A DNA stretch of 53,388 nt from Vicugna vicugna (Eukaryota), in the NCBI GenBank assembly GCA_013265495.1, contig MU058478.1, positions 647,349 through 700,736 of the forward strand. The letters run 5' to 3'. The position numbers and the translations under genes were made by a program. The notes under the pieces were generated by a model. The model had not been told where the DNA came from and made no database searches. It saw only the letters and a list, made by a program, of their open reading frames with translations. Numbering within the stretch: position 1 is the first letter of the stretch; every line of letters begins with the position of its first letter. Of this stretch, positions 25,215 to 37,262 are shown one piece after another.

Positions 25215-25480
25215 TCTAAGTGGAGATGTGACTTGGCTGATGAGTCTAGAATTCTGCATAAACTGGAAATGCCATGGGTACATAGTTTAATGGTACTTAG
25301 CGATGGTGCTTAAAGTCACGAGGCCCTGCGAGAGAACTGAGGAGTAAATTCAATTAAGGACAGAGAGAGCCCACGCTGGGAGCCCCCGGGAACCCAGCCC
25401 TTAGAAGCCAGGAGATGAACAGGGACCAGCTCCCTTGATCCTGGAGGAATGGGTCACTGAGACGGGAGGAAATCCAGGTA
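25215..25480 (-). mobile_element. L2 fragment
   Basis: AAGTGGAGATGT...GAGTCTAGAATTC...GATGGTGCTTAAAGTCACGAG...GGAGGAAATCCAGG resembles antisense L2. Confidence 0.65.
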
Positions 25481-27570
25481 CACACATGTTCAGGTAAAAT
25501 TAGGGCAATAAATGGAAAGATGGCAGTGTCGTTGAACTCAAAATACTGTGAATTTCATTGGATGGGGAAAGGGCCATGTGGCTTTCCCTCCCTTTTACGC
25601 CCTCACCCGCCCACAAAGAAGTCACATTTTTTGCCTTCTTTCTGCATGTTTTCCTCTGTCTATATGGAAGCCACCTGTTTTAGTGACGAGATGGAAGGTC
25701 AGGCACCATTCAAAACTGCTGAATTGGTACCTACATATGTATATATTATAATGCATTGACAGCATGCATCTACAAAAATGGATCTACTCACACCTTTGAG
25801 GAAATAATTCCATCTCCCAAAGATAAGTCGCAATTATGGGAGTTAATTACGCAGCAGCCTCCTTTCAGTACCATGCATCGTAATGGAACGCTGGAAAGAA
25901 GACATAAAAGACCAAAAACAAAGAAATGGTTAAATAGGTCAAAAATATTCACTCATAAGGAATAAAAAAACGATGCTTGTGAAAACCGTACCATTTGGGA
26001 AGTGTTGGTTTACCAGAAAATGTGAAAAATCCTGAAAATATAGAAGGGATTGTCATGATGAGTAACGTTATGTAAAAATTAGGCACAAGGAGGCACCGAA
26101 AAAAAGTTGAAAGGCGCTCAGTTCATAAGCCGGGAGAGTTTCTGTTACAGGAATATACACAGGGATGCCTGGTTGTTTCTCCCTCCTTTAGTTAATTTAC
26201 CAAGCTGTGTCCCTCTAGCTGAGAAACAATCCCATGGTTTTCAGAATTAAAACACGTTATTAGTTAAAAAAAAAAAAGCCAAGCTTAAGAGATGTGTTCA
26301 GTGATGATTTTTAGCATAGCAACTGCGCCCAGGTCACAGCTCCCAGGAAAGTCTGTGTAATTAAATCATTGAACACGACAGGAACACACTTCGTCCATTA
26401 GGTCGGGATGAAGTCTGGGCTCCAGGGTTTCAACGTTACAGTCAGGAAGGCGCGCGAAGGAACATGATCGCTCGTGTGCACGCGCCATGTCCTGAGAAGT
26501 CAGCTCAGGCATAGAAATTAGGTACAAGAGATGCTTCGTCTCCAAGGAGACAGCTTCCTCTACCTTTGCATCCAAGCGCCGTGGAAAGTTGGCAGCAGAT
26601 CGTGTGCGCTGGACATGTCCAATAAAAAATTCAATGGACTAACAATACCAACATCTTTTCAGCTAACTAAAAGATAAAATGCCTCATCTACATAAATATT
26701 CCACGATGTAATATTTCAGAGGCCAAGAAAAGAGGGTGAAACAGAAAAATAAAGGCAGGGAAAAAACAAGACAATTTTATACCTGGTGTTCTCCAAAGCA
26801 TTGACAATCTCTGAGGTCTTCATGGACAGCCCTTCTCCTTCTGAAACTGAAAACAGCAACATTAAAACGTCCAAGTTAATTCAAGCGAAACTCCGGTAAG
26901 AGTCTGCGCAGGACTTGAAATCAATCTGCGGGGAAACAGCTCAATAATTCTTATTAAACCCACAGCTTATTTTAAAGCAAGCTCCGGCTTAGTGGAAGCA
27001 GAGTTATTTTATGAAAGAAGAGTTTGAATAAGAGACAGGAGAAAGTAGACAGTGCTCACGCATCTTAGGAGTCGGTTTGCCAGAATGGATTTTTCTAGAT
27101 TGGAAAGTGATGCTGACGGTGAATCCCCGAGAATGTGTAATGATTCTGCTTCCCCAGCCCTGCTCCCAGGTTCCAATACTCCTCCTCTTCCCGTGTCAGA
27201 GTCCAGGAAAGGAAGCCTGAAGTGGAAAAAAAAAATTAACAACCAAACTGATTCAAGAAAACTCAATTTCAATTTTTTAAAATCTAGTAGATTTAAAGAT
27301 TTTCCTCAAATGACAAAAAGTGTGAGTCAAGGATGGTGAAGAGCATTTGAGGCTTAGTAGGAATGCATTTTAATATTAGGATTCGCTCCCTTGATCAACC
27401 TGCCCCATATCCTGTTAGAGTAACTGGGAGGAAAAAAAAAATTCTGGGTAACGTAGTTAGAAAAGGAATCTTTGAAAGGACGCCAAGATACAAACAGAAT
27501 GAAGAAGACGGGAAAGCCAGGATCACAAAGCAGCTGAAATCGTGGACATTTCCAGAGTCTGGAGGGTAGG

Positions 27571-27935
27571 AATTTAATAATAATAATAATATTTGTAGTA
27601 GCTTTGATCTGTTGAGAAAATATAGTAATTATTATTTATAATATTATAATAATATTATACATATCAACTAATTATTAATATTGTTGATAATTGATAATTA
27701 ATATTACATTAATAATTAATATAATATTAATAATAATTACTAATAAAAATAATAATTATTATTATAGTAGCTTTGATCTATTGAGAAAATATAATAATAC
27801 TTATTATTTATAATATAATATAAATATCAACTAATTATTATTGATAATTAATAATTAATATTATTTTAATAATTGATATAATATTAATAATAATTAATGA
27901 TTATTATTATTATAGTAGCTTTGATCTATTGAGAA
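27571..27935. repeat. AT-rich tandem triplication (unit of about 150-170 bp)
   Basis: TAGTAGCTTTGATCT(G/A)TTGAGAAA at 27596, 27765 and 27913, separated by almost pure A/T spacers. Confidence 0.93.
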
Positions 27936-28090
27936 ATTACAATGTAAGAGGCATTATGCTAAGTGGTCTGTGTGCGTGATGTCACTTAATTCTCACTACC
28001 CCTCTATGAGAGCATTTTCCCACTTTCAGATGACAAAACCAAGACATCATAAGAGGCTTCCTACCAAAATTCAACAGCTTGTAAATGTCG
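27910..28090 (-). mobile_element. MIR SINE
   Basis: TATTGAGAAATTACAATGT...GGCATTATGCTAAGTG...TCACTTAATTCTCAC...CCCACTTTCAGATGACAAAAC is antisense MIR. Confidence 0.8.
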
Positions 28091-29405
28091 GAAAGTCTCA
28101 CCGGAGAGCCACCGTTGTCACCGACGGTGACTCCGTTTCTCTCAATGGGATGAGCCAAGGGATCAACTGGCCCCCATTATATTTTTTTGCATTTCACCAC
28201 TGCCTTCAAGGCCCGGAGTATCAGGGGGACACTGGGACCTGGAGTCCTGGGAGCAGTTCTCATCAAGTCTGCTTCCATGCCTGCCTTGTGACGTTAGACC
28301 AAACCTGAGACGAAAGTGATTCTTCCAATCAGTGAGCATCCTCATTTACTGTTTTAATTTCTTCTGCCCAGCCAGAAGCTGGTGCATTCATCACTGAGTC
28401 ACAATGCTTAACCCAGAGGGTCCCCCCCCAAAAAAAGGCAGTGAAAAGGCAGAGAGCAGGTACATTGCAGCCAGCCAGCTTGAGCGGACAGGTGCGATTC
28501 CATTTTCCCAGGAATGGCTCGCACATCTCCGTTCCTCCTGCCTTTCCTCTCAGTGCCCAACCGGCCTTAACCTTTGATGACTTCTGAGCTGCATTTAAAT
28601 CTCCCTCTCAGTTCTATCCGTGCTGCTGCTTTTTTACAGACTACAGGGTGTTGATGCAGACCCAAGCTTGAAACCCAAGTCGAAGCCAAAAAAATGCACG
28701 TGTAAGAGTCTCCGCATCGAAGGTCCCAGGGAGGTCAAAATAGATGTGCAATTAAGGACCCAACTCATGGGGTGAGCCAAGAGGAGGCTGGGGCGGTGGA
28801 GGGTTTCAGGGGAAGCAGCTAAGTGGATCCCACACAGCTCACAGCGAAAGCAAAACCCGTCAGAGCCGGCCACCTGCCCTTCAGAGCAATACCCACCTCA
28901 AGCCACAGGAAGGGAGAAAAAAAAAAAAAAGCAATAAAATGTTGAAAACTGCCAAAGTAAACATTCCAGTTGAGCTCGTAAGCCAAACTGCATTAGGTCT
29001 AAAGGGCGTCTTTTTGTCTCTTCTCAATTTCACTCTCCCTCTGGCTTTCCAGTTGGGCTTTTAAAATTTAGCCGTAATTAGATAGGTTCACGGCATTTTT
29101 CCATCATCTAATTGTGCCACAGCTGTTCGGAGCTGCAAAATGCAGCTCACTATGCAGTAGAGGGCATACCTGCCTCTCCCATGTGCGGACCAGGACCCCG
29201 GGGGAGTGCACACACCGAGAGGCATCAGCGATGGGGAGGATGGACCTTCCCCGTGAGCACTCACTGCAAAGCCCCAGGGACTGTGCCCTGTGTGGCCTCC
29301 ACCTCCCTGCACCTTTCCAGTGGGTCTTCCTGTTGGAGCAGGCAGGTAGCTAGATACAAGCCAAGAAAGGGGGGCCCAGGCCACATGGCGGGGAACCGTA
29401 CATCA

Positions 29406-29888
29406 TGTGACCGATGGATGTCCTTGGACAGACCAAGAAAAGCAGGAACCTCCAGGCTGATAAGAAACCATACATTATGGGTTCACAAGTGTCCCGGTGG
29501 CAGACAAAGACGGGTGGGACAAGGCAGGAATCTCCACCATCTGAATGTAAACTTGTTCCTTATGACCTCACCCGACTTCTGCATCAAGACTAAATAAGGA
29601 CCCAAACTCCCTCATTCTCCCCCAGGATGGTGGAGCTGGGATGAAGATAGGAAAAGAGGACCCCCAAACCGATCCCCACCAATGAATATTCTGCCCGTTC
29701 ATTTTTACGCCCATGTAACCAGCTTGCCGAAGAACTCGGGGAAGCTACTCACCTGAGTCTGCCCGCTCTCCCCTTGAGAGCGAACTGCCTATCTCTGAAT
29801 AAATCCGTGCTTTGCTTTCTTGATCTCCACGTCTCATTTCCAAATTCTGTCTGAGACGAGACAAGAACCTTCTCGCCAATGACTAACA
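29406..29888 (+). mobile_element. Solo LTR, ERV1-like
   Basis: TGT...AACA termini, about 480 bp, CCAAT at 29679 and AATAAA at 29798. It ends with AAATTCTGTCTGAGACGAGACAAGAACC, typical of MER41/LTR8-type U5. Confidence 0.75.
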
Positions 29889-30106
29889 TGCCCATTTTCA
29901 TGGTAAACCAGATCCGGCCAACTCAGGGTGCCTCCCAGGCGCTTCTGATCCCCCATCATGATGGGTGCTGGAACTCACTCTGATCCAGTGACAGCGTCTT
30001 TACACATTCAGTTGCTCCAGAGCCTTCTCTCAGCCCGTTTCCTGGTTTGTCGGGAGTTCTGAGCACCGTTCTCATCTTAGCAGTTGACCAGGTCATCGGT
30101 CCCTCG

Positions 30107-30342
30107 AACAGCACAGTGTAATAAACAAACAATGAGAGCCACAAGTGCGATTTTAATTTTCTATTCACCTCGTTAAAAACAAAAAAAAAAAAAGTAAAGA
30201 GAAGAAATGGGTTTTAATAATATATTTTATTTAATTCAGTGTGTTCAGAACATTGGACAGCACATCTCAGTGTGTGGTACCAGCCACTTTTCACATGCTC
30301 GGCAGCAAATTGTGTCTGGTGGCCACCAGGCGGGACAGGGAG
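30107..30342. mobile_element. MER33-like hAT-Charlie relic with internal deletion
   Basis: AATGAGAGCCACA...TTTTAATAATATATTTTATTTAA...ACAGCACATCTCA...AGCCACTTTTCACATGCTC...GTGGCCACC...GGACAG. Confidence 0.8.
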
Positions 30343-33300
30343 GTCTAGAACGTTCTGTGCTTTTCAAGCAGGAAGGAGTTTGCTTCCATGACATCATCAC
30401 GTGCACATGGTCCTCGCCATCCACCACGGGAACGCTCAAGGCCAGGGAAGCCACGCAGCCCAGCCAGCATCACCCGGCTTGTACACTGCAGAGCTGGGGC
30501 TCGGACTCAGGTCTGATCGCAGAGGCCTCCCTCTTTCCATTTCAACACCCGTCTCCCCACTTCCAGAAAAGACGGACTCACCAGCCTAGTCCTGTGCCCG
30601 GCTTCTTCAGGGGTGCCCCCGTCCCCCAGATCCTCTCGGCAAACACAAACGAAGCATCGATCACCCCCTCCAGTCTGTCTCCTTGTCTCTCTGTCTCATA
30701 CACACACACAGGGAACATAACCTCAGTGAACTTACATGAGCCAAATGCCAAAGCACCTCAGATGCTCGACCAGTTTGCTACTTCACATTGACTCCCCTGC
30801 CCCCACGGGTCTTGCGTGTCTCAGTATCCTTAGCGGCCCAGTCATGAGGCTCATTTTCTTATTTTCCACTCTCCTGAAACACTTCGGAGGTCTCTGGCCG
30901 CCTTTTTATACCACATGAAATGGTTATTTCTCAGTCTCCAGGACGAGGCATGTTGTCACATCATAGGAACAGAGCAGGTGGTACCGGCAGGTTGGGCGTG
31001 ACTCCAACCAGCAGGCTCTCGGGACCAGGGTGTCAGGATGCTGTAGGCTCTCAAACACAGTAAGGGTACGTTTCCTCTGCCGCATCCTCAGGGAGACCAC
31101 ACTGTCCTCCCCCTCGGTTGTCAGAACACCAGGACAAATCCTCTGTCGTCCCTCTTACAAAATTGTCCTCATCTTCCTTAGAGCCTGCCGAGAAGTCTCA
31201 GACCACCTGCAAGTTGCTTTCTGCTTAGAATAAAGGAATTAATTTGTTCCAGTCGTAGAGTTAAGCAGGGTACATGTCCAGTGTATCAAATGTTACGTTA
31301 CAGAATATATATGGTGTATATACATATATAAACATGCATGTGTGTGTTCACATACATAGTACCTATTTTTAAAAACATTCTTACAACATCATAGCTGTTT
31401 CCATTTCCAAGTTAAGCCAGTGCTTTTGACAGAAGCAGGGGCTCTATGATGCCATTTTAAAAGAAGCTAAAAATAGGAATCTTTGATTTTACCGCACTGT
31501 GATTTAATTCTTCCACAGACAAAGGTTCTATTGATTTGAGCCTGTGCAAAGAACTACACGATTCTAATATTCAGCAGATAGCGAAAGCACTGAAGGAAGT
31601 TTGATCCACTTCAAACAAAACGCTAAGCAAAATGAGAAAACTGTGTAGAACCGGAGTGGCTGTGTATTGCATTCTCTCTGAGCGACAGACCAGGCAAGGT
31701 TAGGGCCTCTTCAATACACCATTTGGGGAGTGTAGTCAGTTTATAAATTAAATTATAAACACTTCCATTGTTCTCTGCTATAAACTCTGATTACGACCAA
31801 AGGGAGCAATGTTACCTACATCAGGAGATAAGGAATGAAAGGGTTGGGGAGGGTAATGTAGGAAAAAAATATATAAACGTGCAGAAACATGGGACAGGGA
31901 GGGAAAGCGGGAGAGAGAAAATTCCAGTAAGGAGAGGCTGTGTATTTTCAGCTGCAATTAAAGACTAGATGGGAACTCGCAGGAAATGAAGAATGTGGTG
32001 ATATGATTAAGATAAAAGCCATTAAGCAAAATAATGCAACTTTGCAGCTGAACGCAGCCTCATAGGATGTGCGTTTAAGAGGAAATAAGAAAGTAAAATT
32101 TATTTTTATCCTTAAGACGGACTTTAATTCTTTCAATGAATTGATTTGAATGACAGTCGTGGGTAACTCATGAGCTACAGATATCCGACACCAAAATTGC
32201 AAGAGAAACATGGTTTATCGATTCTTTTCGAGAAAAGATAGCAGTTTACCTCCCCTTCCTTTCTCCCACGCTCTGCTGTCTTTGTGAAAAATCTCTGGCT
32301 CCATCTTCAGAGAAGTCATGCGGGTGCAGCCTTGAGAGACTGATGTGTGAGAGCCCAGATGAGTTTATCCAAGCCATTCAGCCCACTGCCTCCCTTTACA
32401 AAACAGACTACATTTCTGGACGGCCGAGAAAGCAGACACAGACTTACTGCCTAGCTCTATTTTTTTTTTTTGCTAAAATTATTCTTGCAAATTGATAATA
32501 TGTTTATTTCCTGGAGAAATGAACAAGCTGTTTGCAAAGGAATCCTACATGGGGAAATATTGGTGACACATTTCTGGAGCTTACAGAAATGTTTTAGAGG
32601 GGGAAAAAATTAGCAAGTCAGGGATGGCGAGTGGATGGTCAGCAAAGGGCCGAAATGCCTTTGGCTGGTCATTCATCAGCTCCGAAGGGAGCCTGCTCAG
32701 ATTCGGAATTAGAAAGCTTAATCCTAACCTTCTAACTAGAGATTTGGTCCAGACCATGCACTGGAGGCCAGCGGAGGGCCCCGGATGAACAAGGACCTGC
32801 AGCGGGAGGGCCTGCTGTCCCCAGTGTCCCCCACAAGAGCTGAGATGGCTGACACTTTGACAGCTCGCCACCTTCAGCTGCTCTGCAAAATTCAGCTGGG
32901 ATTTTGAGACAAGGGGAGCGATGGGCTTCAAGGTCAAAGAACGAGAGAGTCTAGCATTCTAGATTGCCTTCTCCCCTCCCGAGGCCCACATCGCAAAGGA
33001 TTAAACCTGTTAAACTCACAGCTACGAGGGAGCAGGGCTTTGAGGGCAGATGGGGGAATGTTTATAGGCTGTCTTTAAAAAGCCATCAGCAGACACTCAC
33101 AGGCCATGAGAAAAGGGCCTGAATGCCTCCCTATTTCCAACAACCGAATTTAAATCCAAGAAAGCCACTACCCACATTATTTACCGCTTTTCAATAAAAA
33201 CTAATTAAAGCTACTTAAGTTTTTAAGCGGTGGGCCCGGAACTGCCACGGAGCGAGTTCCAATTTACCAGACCGTTCACTGAGTTTTCGATAAAGATCCA

Positions 33301-34619
33301 AGTGGAGAAAGAATCAATGCTTCTGGGTTCCAGCTCATTCATCCCCGCGTTTGCCAGCAGGCAGGGAGGAAAATTCAGATTCCATCTTCTCGGCCGTCCT
33401 GTCTCTCAGCCCCCAGGAGACAAAAAGCAACATTCTTTGAAAATCATTGTTAGGATCTCAGAGACGGTGCTTAGACCAGGCTGGTGCCCACTTTCCCAGC
33501 TGGGTCCTTATTTCCTGGGGATGGGAGGGGTGGCAATTGCCCATCACAGAACATCAGTCACGTGACGTTCAGGCCACTTTTAACTCCATTTTTTTTGTTG
33601 TTGTTCTCTCTAGGAAACACCCCTGTTCTATTTTAAAGACATCTTTGCATTCACAGAAGGCCCCGCCACGTGCTCGCGGCTGGCTGCTGTGAAGGGAAAC
33701 TCGAATCCTGGCCAGCGACAGCTTTCATCTGGTCCCTGCACAAAGACGCTAGTTTGAAATTCTGACTGCATCTTGGGGGAAGTAAGATGTACCCCCAAAA
33801 TTAGAAAATAAATTCAGCTTGTCGCCTGGCCTTCTGCCTGGAACAGCTAGTGTTCCCCGGGGGAAGTCACACCCCTGTGCCCTCATGCATCGTAGGGTGC
33901 AGATGATCCGCAGATCAGAGGCAGCATCTTTCCAGCGAAGCTGAGGGCGCGGCTTCAGGAAACCAAGCCGACCAGCTCGCGCCAAATGAGCACCCGTGAC
34001 CCCAGACAGCTTGGTGCAATTTGGGGGGGTTCAGGTGTGAATTTCAGGGTGGCGCACCTCCGCTCTGCTTGTTGGATTTCCCCCCAATTAACCAAGCCTC
34101 TCGTGCAGGAAATATGCACTTTGGTTCTGAGCAAAATCATCACGCCTCCCTAACTGTCCATTTTTACCTCTGCTCCACAAACAGGTGCCACTGAGGACAC
34201 GTCTGTTTCCTTGGCAACCTCCCATCTTCCCCAGTCCTTGGTGCCCCCTGTTGTCTCCACGTGCCGGACGACACCTGTCAGCAACACGCAAAGCGAGGTC
34301 CATGGCCCCCTCTGCCACCTAACTGTGTGTTCAACGTCTGACTTCCTCCCTGGGTGGAGACAGGGTAGAAAAAGGACTGTGAACGCCCAGGTCGGCGCAT
34401 CGCCCCCAGAGCTTAGCGCACTGGAGGGAAGCAAGACACGCCGGCTGACTTTATAAAGAATTATGAATTTATGAATTTATAAAGTTGATTTTTACCCCCA
34501 TAAGTAGATCACAATGTCCATGAGATTATGATTCTACGTAACAGCTTACATAATTAGCTGTTATTTTTCCAAATCAGTACAGTATTGTATAATAGCGTAT
34601 GTCCAGAAAGTGATTTTGT

Positions 34620-34768
34620 ATTTTTTAAACAATTTTTGGGGTTTTTTTTGGGGGGGGGTAATTAGGTTTAGTTATTTATTTATTTTTGGAGGCAGTACCA
34701 GGGGACTGAACCCAGGACCTCATGCATGCTAAGCATGCACTTTACCACATGAGCTCTACTTTCCTCCT
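34620..34768 (-). mobile_element. Camelid tRNA-derived SINE (Vic-1-like)
   Basis: Reverse complement reads GAGCTCATGTGGTAAAGTGCATGCTTAGCATGCATGAGGTCCTGGGTTCAGTCCCC...TAAACCTAATTACCCCC plus A tail. Confidence 0.92.
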
Positions 34769-34784
34769 AAAATTTGCCTCTTCT

Positions 34785-34953
34785 TCTTTTTTTTAATATT
34801 TATTTGTTACTGTATTATTTGATTTTTTTTATTTTGGTGGCAGTGGAGGGAGGTAATTAGATTTATTTATTTTTAGAGGCGGTGCTGGGGATTGAACCCA
34901 GGCCCTCTGGTATGTTAAGCAGGCGATCTGCCACTTGGGCTAAACCCTTCCCC
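34785..34953 (-). mobile_element. Camelid tRNA-derived SINE (Vic-1-like), second copy in tandem
   Basis: Reverse complement reads GGGGAAGGGTTTAGCCCAAGTGGCAGA...CCTGGGTTCAATCCCCAGCACC...TAAATCTAATTACCTCCC. Confidence 0.92.
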
Positions 34954-35012
34954 TGGAAAGTGATTTTGATTGGCTATTTCATTAAGACGATCTTTTCCCA
35001 GGAGATGCTGCT

Positions 35013-35023
35013 GTTTTGTTTTG

Positions 35024-35054
<31 letters not shown>
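35013..35054. repeat. (GTTTT)8 microsatellite
   Basis: Perfect pentamer run. Confidence 0.95.
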
Positions 35055-35696
35055 CCTAAAAAGGGTTGCTCTGATACAGTAGTTTCTGGTGTTCCAAATT
35101 CCAACTCTATGGTGGCCGCCCAAATCACCCATTGTATTTGCAATGAGAAGACGTTACTAAGACACAAATTAAATCTCCGTGTCTGGGAAACAGTGAGCAA
35201 ACCTAGTAGACGGCCCAGCGCTCACTTCTCATCGTGGTTCTGTTTTCATTGGCTGTAGATCTTCCTTTAATCACTGCAACACCCGTGGAGAATACAGACT
35301 AAGTGGTATTTGCAAGTTTGTTCTTGAAGGTCTGAAAATGTCAAGGTTCTGTCTAAGATAGAGGCACATTCTGATGATTTTGCTCACTTACGAAGGGCGT
35401 GATACACTTGTAATTGCACACAGTTGTGATGTTCCACTTCGCTCAAAGGAAAGCAGAGTAAAGGTGCAGAGTGTTACAGTGTAGCTAATTAAAATCACTT
35501 TCTGGGCATATGCTAAACTGTACTGATTTGGAAAAATTAAGTAGAGTGATATAAGCTATCACATAGAGTTGTAATCACCAGGATGTTACAATCTAATCAA
35601 AATAGATAAGTCTCATTGGAAAAAAAATTCATATGACTCATTATTGTTTGTCCTGCTGATTGAAGGTAATGGGGATAATTCTGATGTGGTTTAATG

Positions 35697-35813
35697 CAGG
35701 TTTCTCAATCATGATGCCACTGACAGTCAGAGCCCAAAAAGTGTTTACTGTAGAGTCTGTCATGTTCATTGCGGCATCTGGTCCACACACACCTGATGCC
35801 AGTAGCCCCACCC
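35697..35813. mobile_element. MER20-like hAT-Charlie fragment (remainder probably at about 36190-36235)
   Basis: GGTTTCTCAATCATGATGCCACTGACA...CTGTCATGTTCATTG...GATGCCAGTAGCCCCACCCC; later GGGCAAAATCAC. Confidence 0.7.
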
Positions 35814-35814
35814 C

Positions 35815-36151
35815 TGACTGACCCAGCCATCCCATTCCTGGGTATATATCCTGAAGGAACCCCAATTCAAAAAGACACCTGCACCCCAGTGTTTACAGCA
35901 GCACTATTTACAATAGCCAAGACATGGAAACAGCCTAAATGTCCATCGATAGATGACTAGAAAAAGAAGATGTGGTATATTTAAACAATGGAATACTACT
36001 CGGCTATGAAAAATGAACAACATAATGCCATTTGCAGCAACATGGGTGGAACTGGAGAATGTCATTCTAGTGAAGTAAGCCAGAAAGAGAAAGAAAAATA
36101 CCATATGAGATCGCTCATATGTGGAATCTAAAAAAAAAAAAAAAGACAAAT
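35815..36151 (+). mobile_element. Camelid-type L1 ORF2 C-terminal fragment lacking most of the 3'UTR
   Basis: Translates [46 protein letters not shown]. Confidence 0.95.
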
Positions 36152-36549
36152 GGGGGAAGTACGTATAAAGAACCCTGTACATGGTACCCAAAATGAACCT
36201 CTTTAGGGCAAAATCACAACGGATGACTCTTGCTTCTTAGGCAAGCAGCTGTTCGCCAAGATGTTTCTAGGCTAGAATCAGCAAGTCTGAGCGCAACCAG
36301 GGTTCATAGCACAGAGCCCTAGGACGAAAATGCAGTAGGAACCATCCAGCAAGTGAGAATGTCCTTCCACTCCCCAACCGCAGGTGCCCTCCACCCCGGG
36401 GGCCTTCACAGCACCACCCAACAACATCGCTCCATGTATTGTTCCATTACAGGTAGATTCTTTTTTCCCCTGGCTCCGCTGGGGATGTTCCAGGACCTGA
36501 GTCTCTCCTCCTCTCCCTCTTTGGCCCCCAAAACCACATGACTCTCTGC

Positions 36550-36636
36550 GCACCCTGAGAACTTTCCCCAGAATGCAGGACTTCCAGTGCCAGGACTGGG
36601 ACAGTGTCCAGCCAAATGGGATACACTGGTCAGTCA
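36550..36636. mobile_element. MER81-like hAT-Blackjack fragment
   Basis: GCAGGACTTCCAGTGCCAGGACTGGGACAGTGTCCAGCCAAATGGGATACACTGGTCA. Confidence 0.55.
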
Positions 36637-36637
36637 C

Positions 36638-37060
36638 TGTTAGGGGGGACCTGTGTCCCTGCAAATGCACATGAGGAAGCCCTGACCCTCACTGACCCAG
36701 GACCCAAGAAGGAGAGTTTATTCGAAGCTCTTGCAGAAATAAGTAGTCAAGAAGGGGGATCATGCTGGAGCCCCGTGGGCGAGTACATAACCCAGTGTGC
36801 CAGGCGTCCTCCTACAAGGGGGACAGTGGGGGACAGGCGGGCATACAGGGAGGAGATCGCAGTTACACTGCCACCAGCCAACGCATCAGGAGAAGCCAGG
36901 AGAGGGGTCTGGAACACACCCTTCCTTCCCATCTGCAGACTGAACCAACCCTGCCAGTGCCCCGATCTTGAACTTCTGGCCTGCAGCCTTTGAGACAGTC
37001 AATTTCTGTGGCTTAAAGCCACCCAGTTTGGGGCACTTGGTTACAGCATCCTTGCAACCC
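36638..37060 (+). mobile_element. MLT1B/C-like MaLR solo LTR
   Basis: TGTGTCCCTGCAAAT...AGAAGCCAGGAGAGG...AACCAACCCTGCC...TTGAACTTCTGGCCTGCAG...AATTTCTGTGGCTTAAAGCCACCCAGTTTG...GTTACAGCA. Confidence 0.88.
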
Positions 37061-37175
37061 CACATAGCCACCCGGATTGAAAGTGACTGCAGAATTGACA
37101 AAATGTTTCTCAGTGGTGCTGCACTGTGTAAGTGTCAGAGAGGAGATAAGCAGGGGGGTGGAGAGGGATGGAATT

Positions 37176-37262
37176 AAAAGAAAAAAGAAGGAAGGAAGGA
37201 AAAAAGGAAGGAAGGAAGGCAAAAGGGAAAGATAAAAGGAAGGAAGGAAGGAAGGAAAGAAG
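37176..37262. repeat. (GGAA)n-rich polypurine tract
   Basis: Mostly GGAA/GAAA units. Confidence 0.9.

Noticed and set aside
27596..27936. Three 24-nt direct repeats resembling a mini-CRISPR
   Set aside because: The spacers are 125-145 nt, homologous to each other and low-complexity, and the repeat is a MIR end.
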